Assembly (NCBI RefSeq): GCF_035285525.1
Contig: NZ_JAYKGW010000063.1
Coordinates: 1-8,642, forward strand
Length of the DNA stretch: 8,642 nucleotides
Direction of reading: 5' to 3'
Source of the DNA: Okeania sp.
GTDB lineage: Bacteria > Cyanobacteriota > Cyanobacteriia > Cyanobacteriales > Microcoleaceae
The notes below the pieces were generated by a model. It made no database searches and was not told the origin of the DNA. It saw nothing but the letters and a program-made list of their open reading frames with translations. The position numbers and the translations under genes were made by a program. Shown here piece by piece: positions 1 to 6,803 of the stretch (positions are counted from its first letter, which is position 1; each line of letters begins with the position of its first letter).

Positions 1-2
1 GT

Positions 3-143
3 ATACAAATAGGAAGAGAACCAGGGAAGATTGCTGCAATTATCGAAAATGTGTTGAAAATTAGGTTTAATTCTATAGATAAACAACTAACAGAAATTAT
101 TCCATCAATGTTGCCATTATCTCCAGAGGAATTTAGTCCTTGA
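3..143 (+). CDS. 3' end of an upstream gene (5' end outside the window). The tail tentatively resembles the C-terminal helical region of cyanobacterial Rpn/PD-(D/E)XK putative-transposase-like (DUF4351-type) proteins. Possibly a pseudogene.
   Basis: Frame 3 is open from position 3 to TGA 141-143 (IQIGREPGKIAAIIENVLKIRFNSIDKQLTEIIPSMLPLSPEEFSP*), while the other two + frames have early stops. It is absent from the ORF track because the window edge truncates it. The same frame continues past TGA-CTT-TGA as QLSREELLARLNSEN to TAA 195-197. The family assignment is from memory of similar tails and is tentative. Confidence 0.45.
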   Translation: MQIGREPGKIAAIIENVLKIRFNSIDKQLTEIIPSMLPLSPEEFSP

Positions 144-233
144 CTTTGACAATTATCACGGGAGGAATTATTAGCTAGACTTAACAGTGAGAATTAATGC
201 AATTATTCAGTCAAACTAAATTTAACCTTGACT

Positions 234-269
234 GATCGCTCCTTTTTATCAAGAGCGATCGCTTTTTTT
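234..269 (+). terminator. Rho-independent terminator downstream of the partial upstream gene
   Basis: Perfect 8-bp stem GATCGCTC (234-241) / GAGCGATC (253-260) with an 11-nt loop, followed by GC and a run of seven T (263-269). It lies 37 nt after TAA 195-197. The descending arm overlaps a HIP1 site (255-262). Confidence 0.7.
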
Positions 270-622
270 GGTTCGACCTAATTTTATAAAATAGCTTTAT
301 AACAATAATTATACCTAGACTTTTATCAAGATTTGGTAAAGATTTGATGGAAAAAAGGTAAATTAAGCCCGTAAATTCAACTAAAACTTAATCTAAGTGT
401 ATTTACGGAAGCATAATATCAGTGCTATACTTATAAATGTATAAGCCACTTAGCCGTGAACAAAATTAGTAGAGATCAAAAAGAATCTTAAGTTGTAACG
501 GTTAATTCTAACTTTATAGGGTCATCTACATGAAAGAAAGCGATCGCTAGCACTAGCAAACACTTAATATTGCTTTCTAATATTGAACTATTACTTCACA
601 TCCCTAATAAAGTAGAAGAAAA

Positions 623-1060
623 ATGCCTAAAAAAGCCTATCTCAAATCCCATCTTAGTGAATCAGAAATAAAAAGTCGCTATCTGCAAATTAAAGATCGA
701 GTAGAGTCTCGACGTTGGCACCTCCTATGGTTAGTATCTCAAAAGTGGACTATCAAAGAAGCAGCTAAAGCTTTGGGTCTTAACTATGATTATGCTAAAG
801 ATATAGTCAAAAGTTATAATCAACAAGGACCAGAAGGTATTTTAAATAGACGGAAAACCCGTAAATTTTACCCTTCTCACGCTTTACTTACTCCAGAACA
901 GCAGGAACAACTACGCATAGCACTTCAAAGTCCACCTCAAGACCAAGCAACATGGACTGGGCAAAAAGTTGCCGAATGGATTGCTAAAACTATTGGACGC
1001 GATCGCGTTTCTCCCCAGCGTGGTTGGGAATATATGAAAAAATGTAGCTCAAATGCCTGA
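623..1060 (+). CDS. IS630-family transposase, N-terminal HTH/winged-helix DNA-binding portion only (DDE domain absent; truncated relic or HTH-only protein)
   Basis: Intact ATG-to-stop ORF of 145 aa. Segments VESRRWHLLWLVSQKWTIKEAAKALGLNYDYAKDIV and TWTGQKVAEWIAKTIGRDRVSPQRGWEYMKKC match the N-terminal region I recognise from cyanobacterial IS630 (Tc1/mariner-like) transposases. Those normally continue for over 200 further residues through a DDE domain. Here the frame ends 5 codons after GWEYMKKC, and nothing DDE-like follows in any frame. I could not find terminal inverted repeats. Confidence 0.8.
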   Translation: MPKKAYLKSHLSESEIKSRYLQIKDRVESRRWHLLWLVSQKWTIKEAAKALGLNYDYAKDIVKSYNQQGPEGILNRRKTRKFYPSHALLTPEQQEQLRIALQSPPQDQATWTGQKVAEWIAKTIGRDRVSPQRGWEYMKKCSSNA

Positions 1061-1167
1061 TATAGTAAATATTCAGGATTCAGCTCAATCTATAACTATA
1101 GCAATCCGTACATAGGTTGTGACAAATCAAAAACTAAATAAAAAAACTGAAGTTCCTGCGTGTTCTT

Positions 1168-1223
1168 TCTCTTGGTGCGCATTCCCTCTTTTGGTCACTA
1201 TTTTTTCTCTTGGCCACTATTCC
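1168..1223. repeat. Three tandem 19-nt direct repeats (consensus about TCTCTTGGYCACTATTYY), with a fourth degenerate copy at 1303-1320
   Basis: Copies start at 1168 (tctcttggtgcgcattcc), 1187 (tcttttggtcactatttt) and 1206 (tctcttggccactattcc), giving an exact 19-nt period. A related copy, tctctgttggccaattag, lies at 1303-1320. Confidence 0.6.
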
Positions 1224-1356
1224 GCAAGCAAGCTGCGGTCGCTGCGGGGTCTGACTGCTTGCTTCTGTGGCCGACGCAGGATCACACCGCTCTTAAATGT
1301 TCTCTCTGTTGGCCAATTAGATATGGCTTACTTTGGAGAGGTTCTGGAAGATCAGG

Positions 1357-1447
1357 AAAACCGCTCTTGCAGAGGAACTGCCTCTTGCCTCTTAAGGAGA
1401 AGCTGCCTTTTACAGAGGAGTTGCCTCTTGCAGAGGAGCTTCGCTAA
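1357..1447. repeat. Tandem array of about 18-nt self-complementary units (CAGAGGARYTGCCTCTTG)
   Basis: Units are at 1370-1387 (cagaggaactgcctcttg), 1388-1412 (degenerate, with indels), 1413-1430 (cagaggagttgcctcttg) and 1431-1444 (partial), plus a partial unit before 1370. Alternating AGAGG and CCTCT blocks can pair with either neighbour, so alternative hairpins are possible. This array accounts for the repetitive peptide SCLLQRSCLLQRS in ORF 1119..1478. Confidence 0.6.
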
Positions 1448-1490
1448 CGCTAACGCTTTTCATGTCGGGCAGCGTTAACGTTGGCGAAGC
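1438..1490. repeat. Long imperfect inverted repeat (hairpin with 19-nt arms and a 15-nt loop)
   Basis: gcttcgctaacgctaacgc (1438-1456) pairs with gcgttaacgttggcgaagc (1472-1490). This gives 17 Watson-Crick pairs, one G-U and one C-A mismatch. No T-run follows on either strand, so it is not a classical terminator. Confidence 0.6.
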
Positions 1491-1596
1491 ATTCCCCTAA
1501 GCTTATCTGTGAAAAGGTACAGGTTTTTGCCAAAAAAGTCAAGAGCCAACCCACCCCTAATATCAAACCTGGTAGTATCGGTAAAATTCTCTCTCC

Positions 1597-1624
1597 GTAG
1601 GGGTTGGGTCTCCAAACCCTCTAC
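1597..1624. repeat. Short GC-rich hairpin of the dispersed Nostocales type
   Basis: gtaggggttgg (1597-1607) and ccaaaccctctac (1612-1624) form about 11 bp with two single-base bulges and loop gtct. Confidence 0.45.
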
Positions 1625-1727
1625 AAAGTAGGAGTTTTTGCTCTTTTATGATAGTAGAAACTTATTCTCCAAAGCCAGCGGATTTGATATAACCTCTCCG
1701 GTGGAGGGGAAAAAGGTAGAAAAATAG

Positions 1728-1889
1728 CCCCATCTCCCCATTTCCCCAGCTAATTTTATAGATCTGGTGATGGGTTTTATATATAGAGTTCTAACCTTGT
1801 GGGAATCTTTTATGATATAGAATCCGGTTACAAGTGTATATGTTCATAATTTTATCTATACTTCAATCTCCCCATCTCCCCATCTCCCA
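1728..1889. repeat. Two blocks of CCCCAT-type short tandem repeats (STRR-like) bracketing about 120 bp of AT-rich sequence
   Basis: ccccatctccccatttcccc lies at 1728-1747, and ctccccat ctccccat ctccca at 1868-1889. The same motif occurs in reverse complement at 6459-6474 and 6673-6693. Confidence 0.65.
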
Positions 1890-1930
1890 CAACTATATAA
1901 CGAGTATTCAACCGGATTTTATATGAAAAG
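1807..1930. repeat. Inverted pair of a dispersed about 21-nt motif (AACCGGATTYTATATSATAAAAG); a third copy lies at 6732-6751
   Basis: cttttatgatatagaatccggtt (1807-1829) is the near reverse complement of aaccggattttatatgaaaag (1910-1930). A related copy, aaccggatttcggatcataa, is at 6732-6751. Confidence 0.5.
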
Positions 1931-1954
1931 TCCCTACAAGAACATTTTTTTAGA

Positions 1955-1983
1955 TTGGTGAAAATCTTAAGTTCTGCTAAAAT
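1955..1983 (+). promoter_or_regulatory. Candidate sigma70-type promoter for the cupin gene
   Basis: TTGGTG (1955-1960), a 17-nt spacer, then TAAAAT (1978-1983), about 48 nt upstream of the ATG at 2031. This is a motif match only, in an AT-rich context where such matches are common. Confidence 0.3.
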
Positions 1984-2030
1984 GTAAAGGTAGATTATTC
2001 TTAAAATTTAACTCTAGAAAATATATACTT

Positions 2031-2435
2031 ATGAGTGAAGTAGAGGAGAATCAACAGCCTACAACTGCTGTCTTAGATTCAGAAACTAATCAGGAAAAAA
2101 ACAGTTTTACAAGAACACCTCCTTGGGGTGGAGTCACGATTTTAGAAGAGGGTCCCCGTTACAAAATTAATCGTATAGAAGTTAAACCAAAACATCACAT
2201 TAGTACCCAGATGCACTATCATCGCAGTGAACATTGGATAGTAGTTTCTGGTACTGCTAAAGTTATATGTAATAATGAGGAAAAATTGCTATTGCAAAAA
2301 CAATCAACTTATGTCCCAGCAAATACAGCTCATCGTGTAGAAAATCCTGGTACTATTCCTTTAGTAATGATTGAAATTCAAAATGGGGAATATCTTGGAG
2401 AAGATGATATTATTCGTTTTCCACAGGATAATTAA
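2031..2435 (+). CDS. Stand-alone cupin, type II phosphomannose isomerase (mannose-6-phosphate isomerase) C-terminal-domain-like protein
   Basis: 134-aa ORF. PPWGG...YKINRIEVKPKHHISTQMHYHRSEHWIVVSGTAKV...STYVPANTAHRVENPG...MIEIQNGEYLGEDDIIRF matches the conserved cupin block of the isomerase half of bifunctional ManC/CpsB/AlgA-type enzymes. The metal ligands are present: H62, H64, E68 (HYHRSEHW, H62 codon 2214-2216) and H101. No nucleotidyltransferase domain is present. Confidence 0.9.
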   Translation: MSEVEENQQPTTAVLDSETNQEKNSFTRTPPWGGVTILEEGPRYKINRIEVKPKHHISTQMHYHRSEHWIVVSGTAKVICNNEEKLLLQKQSTYVPANTAHRVENPGTIPLVMIEIQNGEYLGEDDIIRFPQDN

Positions 2436-2555
2436 TAGCAGAATATTTAGGGTTGGCGCTTCTTCAGTCTTTAGTCTTTTAGTAGTGGGGAGAAGCCAGA
2501 ATCCGTATCGTATAGCCTTATGGCCGTATGGGAATAAGAATCATAGAAGTATTAG

Positions 2556-2581
2556 GGACGTTGGATGCAACGTCCGTTTTT
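2556..2581 (+). terminator. Rho-independent terminator of the cupin gene
   Basis: Stem GGACGTTG (2556-2563) / CAACGTCC (2568-2575) with loop GATG, followed by GTTTTT (2576-2581). It lies 120 nt after the stop at 2433-2435. There is no U-tract on the opposite strand. Confidence 0.7.
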
Positions 2582-2681
2582 AATTGTTATATAGATATAT
2601 CCAAAAATTAAAAATAAAATCAATTATCATACAGAAATTATCAATTATTTCTTCCTATTGCCTCCATACCTATTCCCTATT

Positions 2682-5600
2682 TTATGGAGATGTGTAATGA
2701 TTAATGATTGAATTTTCCTCTACTTCGCTACTCCATTTTTCATTATGATTTATGTTAGCAACTAAACTTGTTGCTGCTATCGTATCTAGGGGTTTAGAAA
2801 ATAAATAACCTTGGCCATATTCACACCCTAATTGTTGCAGTTGAACCATTTGCTCCATAGTTTCTACCCCTTCAGCAATAACATCTATACCTAAATTATG
2901 AGATAAAGTAATAATTGAACGCACAATTTCTGTTGGCTCAATTGATTCCTCGCTGGTCAGGTTAGTAGCACCTATTCTATTCACAAAAGAACGGTCAATT
3001 TTTAAAGTATTCATGGGAAAACGATGTAGATAACTTAAAGAAGAATATCCAGTGCCAAAATCATCAATACATAACTCAATTTTCCTTTTTCTTAACTGAG
3101 ACATTTTTTCGCTGACATGCTCATTATTTTTAATTAAAGCACTTTCGGTAATTTCCAGTTTTAAATTACTACCATTAAGCTGAGTTTCTAAAATAATTTT
3201 ATCTATTTGCTCAATTAAATCTACTTGAGCAAACTGCTTGACAGAAAGATTAACACTCATTTTCAAATCATAATTATTCGACCATTTATTTTGCCATTGA
3301 CGTAATTGAAAACAAGCTTTTCTTAATACCCATAAACCAAGAGGTATAATTAAATCTGTTTCTTCTGCTAGAGGAATAAATTCACTAGGAGAAATTAAAC
3401 CAAGTTCTGGATGTTGCCAACGCACTAGAGCTTCAAAACCAACAATTTGATTAGTAGTTAAACAAATAATTGGTTGATAATGCAAAATAAACTCAGATTC
3501 ATCAGCAGGTGATTTATTGTTAATATCTTTGAGAGCGCGTTGTAAATTATTCTCGGATTTTAAACGTTTGAGAAGTTCAGTGTGCATCACAGTAGAAAAA
3601 ATTTGATAAGACCCTCTACTGGAATCTTTAGAAGAGTGCATAGCTATTTCTGCATCTCGCAAAATATGTTCTGCTGCTCTCAAAGTTGTAGAACTGAAGC
3701 TCATACTTGTAGAACTTAGGGCGATCCCAATGGTCGCAGTAATGAACACTTCATTCCCATCTAACATAATTGGTAATTTTATTTCTTCGTTGATGCAACT
3801 AGCAACAAAAGTAGCATCACTGACACTTGAGATATCTTCTAGCAAAATTACAAATTCATCTGCACCTAGACGAGCGATCGTATCTCCATCGGGTAATAAT
3901 GCTTTCAGTTTCTTGGCAACCATAATTATTAGTTCGTCTCCTATATGATGACCAAGACTATCATTCACGACTTTAAATCTGTCAAGATCGATAAATAGAA
4001 CTGCAAACAAAAAGTCGTTTCGACGTTCAGCATATCTCACTGTTTGCTCTAAACGATCCATAAATAAAGTCCGGTTCGGAAGATGAGTCAGCAGATCGTA
4101 GAGTGCGTCATGCTTCCATTGTTCTTCAGTTCGCTTACGAGCAGTAATATCGTGACTGTTAACAATAAGACCTCCCACTGCTGGGTCGTCTAAAAGGTTA
4201 TTGATCACAACTTCAAAGAAAGACCAATGACCCCAACGATGCTTAACTCTGTATTCAATTGGTGGTTGACTTATACCTGGATTTTCAATTGCTTTGTTGA
4301 TAGTGTAGTTCATTACTGATAAGTCATCCAGGTGAATTATATCCAGGATATTTTGACCAAGTAATTTTTCTGCGGGATATCCCAAAATTTTCTTGACTGA
4401 TGGACTGACATAACTAGAAATTCCTTTAGGATCAATAATCAATATCAAATCAGTGGTATTTTCAATCAGAGCCCGAAACCTCTTTTCACTTTGGAGAAGT
4501 GCTTTTTCTGCTTGTTTGCGATCAGTAATGTTTCGCATCATTGTAATCATAGCTACAAGCTGTTGTTGACTAGCAAGAGCAGTTTCTTCTACTTGCTTAC
4601 ACTTGGTAATATTTGTGGTTGCTCCTATCATCCGAACTGGTTTTCCTTGGTCATCTCTGGTGGCAACTCCCCGACAAAAAAACCATAGGTAGCTGCCATC
4701 TTTATGCTGCATCCTATATTCTAGCTCATATTTTGGTGTTAATCCTTCCAAGTGAGCTTTTTTTCTGGTCATTATCTTTTCTTGGTCTTCTGGGTGAATT
4801 TTCTGCATCCAATCATCTACATGGTTCCTAAATTCCCAATCTTCAAACCCAAGTATAGCTTTGAATGTAGGGTCAAGTATAATTTCGTTAGTCTGTAAAT
4901 TCCAATCCCAGATTCCCACACGACCTGCTTCAATAGCAAGTGCATAACGTTCATAATTTTTGCGTAGTTTCTGTTCTACTTCCCTGCGTTCTACTATTTC
5001 TGTTTGTGCTTGTTCATATAATTCCGTTTGGTAGATAGCAACAGCACAATATTCAGCAACTGATCTTAATAGAGATAGTTCATTATGAGTCCATTGTCTG
5101 TCATAGTCACATTGATGTAGAATAATCCCACCTAAGTAATTATCCTGATACAAGAATGGTGTAATTAAAATAGATTTTATTTGGCACTCGTCAATAATAT
5201 CTTTTACTTCTGGGAGTATAGCTTGATCGCATTTACTAATTTCTATCTGTTCTCCTCTTCCTAGTGGTTCAGAATAATACCGATAAATTTTTTTACAAAA
5301 ACATTTTTTATTTTGATAATTAACTGTTATTTGACTGAAATGGGAAAATTTAATATTTTCTTCACGGTCTAGTCTCACGATTAAACTATGGCTAACTTGC
5401 AAAACTTCATGTAACTGCTCAATAGTTTTTTGTAGAACTTGATTAAGTTGTAAAGTATTTCCCATTCCTTGCAGAATATAGTTAATCATTGTTTCTTGTT
5501 GAGCTTGTTGTTTTAATTTTTTAATAGCCAGTTCCTGTTCTTTTTTTAATATACGCTCAGTAATCACCCGATCTAAAATAATTGATAAAGTAAATATTCT

Positions 5601-5966
5601 ATCTTTTAAAATATAATTATTAACTCCAGCTTTTAAAACTGATAAAGCTTCTTTTTCTTGTAACTCCTCTGTAATTAAAATAATAGGAATTTCTTGCCCT
5701 GATTGTTGTACTAATCTCTGTACTTCAAAAATATCAAAATTAACTAAATGATAATCTAGCAATATTACATCATATGTACTATTTTTAAGTAATTTTTGGC
5801 AATCTTTATTAGTTCTAGCAATATCATAAGTAAATTTTATACTATAAGATTTTAAGATCTGTAGGATTAGATCTACATCTTCTGGAACATCTTGGGCAAT
5901 TAGCAAATGTAATTGCCTGTTTGCGTCCGGTATGATTCGATGCCTCACCTGTGTTAGCTTTACCAT
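2682..5966 (-). CDS. Multidomain c-di-GMP signalling protein: response-regulator receiver, GAF, two PAS/PAC domains, degenerate GGDEF (GADEF) and EAL phosphodiesterase
   Basis: 1094-aa ORF. Approximate domains by motif: REC aa 20-125 (nt 5592-5909; acceptor Asp in VILLDYHL, Thr in IILITEE, Lys in NYILKD). GAF aa 160-315 (nt 5022-5489; [22 protein letters not shown]). PAS1 aa 335-457 (nt 4596-4964; [10 protein letters not shown]...NITKCKQ). PAS2 aa 490-612 (nt 4131-4499; ...[11 protein letters not shown]). GGDEF aa 618-790 (nt 3597-4115; [27 protein letters not shown] with GADEF at nt 3852-3866). EAL aa 825-1062 (nt 2781-3494; EALVRW with EAL at nt 3426-3434, [39 protein letters not shown]). 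Confidence 0.95.
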   Translation of the reverse strand: MVKLTQVRHRIIPDANRQLHLLIAQDVPEDVDLILQILKSYSIKFTYDIARTNKDCQKLLKNSTYDVILLDYHLVNFDIFEVQRLVQQSGQEIPIILITEELQEKEALSVLKAGVNNYILKDRIFTLSIILDRVITERILKKEQELAIKKLKQQAQQETMINYILQGMGNTLQLNQVLQKTIEQLHEVLQVSHSLIVRLDREENIKFSHFSQITVNYQNKKCFCKKIYRYYSEPLGRGEQIEISKCDQAILPEVKDIIDECQIKSILITPFLYQDNYLGGIILHQCDYDRQWTHNELSLLRSVAEYCAVAIYQTELYEQAQTEIVERREVEQKLRKNYERYALAIEAGRVGIWDWNLQTNEIILDPTFKAILGFEDWEFRNHVDDWMQKIHPEDQEKIMTRKKAHLEGLTPKYELEYRMQHKDGSYLWFFCRGVATRDDQGKPVRMIGATTNITKCKQVEETALASQQQLVAMITMMRNITDRKQAEKALLQSEKRFRALIENTTDLILIIDPKGISSYVSPSVKKILGYPAEKLLGQNILDIIHLDDLSVMNYTINKAIENPGISQPPIEYRVKHRWGHWSFFEVVINNLLDDPAVGGLIVNSHDITARKRTEEQWKHDALYDLLTHLPNRTLFMDRLEQTVRYAERRNDFLFAVLFIDLDRFKVVNDSLGHHIGDELIIMVAKKLKALLPDGDTIARLGADEFVILLEDISSVSDATFVASCINEEIKLPIMLDGNEVFITATIGIALSSTSMSFSSTTLRAAEHILRDAEIAMHSSKDSSRGSYQIFSTVMHTELLKRLKSENNLQRALKDINNKSPADESEFILHYQPIICLTTNQIVGFEALVRWQHPELGLISPSEFIPLAEETDLIIPLGLWVLRKACFQLRQWQNKWSNNYDLKMSVNLSVKQFAQVDLIEQIDKIILETQLNGSNLKLEITESALIKNNEHVSEKMSQLRKRKIELCIDDFGTGYSSLSYLHRFPMNTLKIDRSFVNRIGATNLTSEESIEPTEIVRSIITLSHNLGIDVIAEGVETMEQMVQLQQLGCEYGQGYLFSKPLDTIAATSLVANINHNEKWSSEVEENSIINHYTSP

Positions 5967-6094
5967 TGCAATAACTTTAATACAATTAGCTGAGTTTATT
6001 GTTGATATTATAGTTTACCGTTAAATTAATTTTGTGCCATCAAGGGATATTATAAATAATTTTATCTCAGTAATCTTCCTGAGTTCATAATTTT

Positions 6095-6176
6095 GTAAGT
6101 CCCATAATTTAGCAATATTTTTAGGACTTACGCAGAACAACGTGTTTCTGTCATTGCTAGCGACAGCGAGGCAATC
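6095..6176. repeat. Dispersed-repeat-like words (GGACTTACGCA and GTCATTGC-AGCGA-AGCGA-GCAATC type) with a short hairpin
   Basis: gtaagtcc (6095-6102) is the reverse complement of ggacttac (6124-6131). ggacttacgca (6124-6134) and gtcattgctagcgacagcgaggcaatc (6150-6176) resemble words I recall as recurrent in Nostocales intergenic DNA. Copy number cannot be verified here. Confidence 0.3.
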
Positions 6177-6473
6177 TCAAACATCGAAATTGTGTTACTC
6201 ATGGCTTTAGTCCTGATTTTGATACAAATGTATATTATGGGTCATATTAGTTATCACTTATCAATTAACAGTATCTCTAGCTGAAGTCAGAGGCTTGAAA
6301 TACGGAATCTTCTTTTTTACCCTCTTAAAAGAGGAAGCGTAACTACCCGAACTTTTCGTTAATAATCAAATAGTAATACTAATTAGTAGCAATAAAAGCA
6401 TATAGTAATTTTCATACTCGTGAGCTACAAAATCTTAGGTTTCAGGGAATAGAGAAGAGGGAGGATGGGGAGG

Positions 6474-6672
6474 CTTACAAGGGTAAGTTTTTCATCCTTT
6501 GAGTGGAGAGACGCGGGGAGGGAGAGACACACCAGGCACGGAGAGAGGAAGACCCGCAGTATAGATGAATGAATAGAGCCAGTAGATTAAATTAATTATT
6601 CAATTATCTAATCTCCGCGTCTCCCTGTCACCGCGTCTGGTGTGTCAAATCTTAAAAACTTACCCTTGTAAG
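6474..6672. mobile_element. MITE-like palindromic element (about 199 bp, no coding capacity) flanked by direct GGGAGGATGGGGAGGC repeats
   Basis: Perfect 19-bp terminal inverted repeats: cttacaagggtaagttttt (6474-6492) and aaaaacttacccttgtaag (6654-6672). The arms also contain complementary blocks gagacgcgg (6508-6516) / ccgcgtctc (6615-6623) and gacacaccag (6526-6535) / ctggtgtgtc (6637-6646), around an AT-rich centre (about 6560-6610). The 16-nt direct repeat gggaggatggggaggc lies at 6459-6474 and 6678-6693. Confidence 0.6.
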
Positions 6673-6803
6673 AGATGGGGAGGATGGGGAGGCAGAAGGG
6701 TTAGAAGGATTTGGACAAACTAGCTTTTTATAACCGGATTTCGGATCATAACTTTGCAAATTTTTATAAGAGAACAACTTGACTGAAAAGAGGGAAGAAA
6801 AAA

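Noticed and set aside
263-280. ggttcgacc motif resembling a tRNA T-arm
   Set aside because: It directly follows the terminator T-run. No acceptor or anticodon stems can be built around it, so it is not a tRNA.
1168-1447. Possible CRISPR array, suggested by short tandem direct repeats
   Set aside because: The repeats are contiguous (19-nt and about 18-nt periods) with no unique spacers between them. Only 3-4 degenerate copies exist, and no cas genes are present. This is not CRISPR architecture.
1119-1478. ORFs 1119..1478 (119 aa) and 1160..1447 (95 aa) in the GC-rich block
   Set aside because: The peptides are low in complexity and are generated directly by the tandem DNA repeats (SCLLQRSCLLQRS, Cys/Leu/Arg-rich). 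The two ORFs overlap each other in different frames. They have no RBS and no recognisable domain, so they are most likely non-coding repeat sequence.
2371-2583. ORF of 70 aa overlapping the 3' end of the cupin gene
   Set aside because: It overlaps the well-supported cupin CDS out of frame and reads through the intrinsic terminator hairpin. No domain signature is present.
3730-4831. Plus-strand ORFs 3730..3948, 4491..4688 and 4613..4831
   Set aside because: They are antisense to, and fully inside, the strongly supported 1094-aa minus-strand CDS. They are typical shadow ORFs with Ser/Ile/Leu-rich composition.
6201-6284. 27-codon hydrophobic mini-ORF (MALVLILIQMYIMGHISYHLSINSISS) in the divergent intergenic region
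   Set aside because: It has no Shine-Dalgarno-like sequence, sits in AT-rich DNA where such ORFs arise by chance, and conservation cannot be assessed. It is not supportable from the sequence alone.
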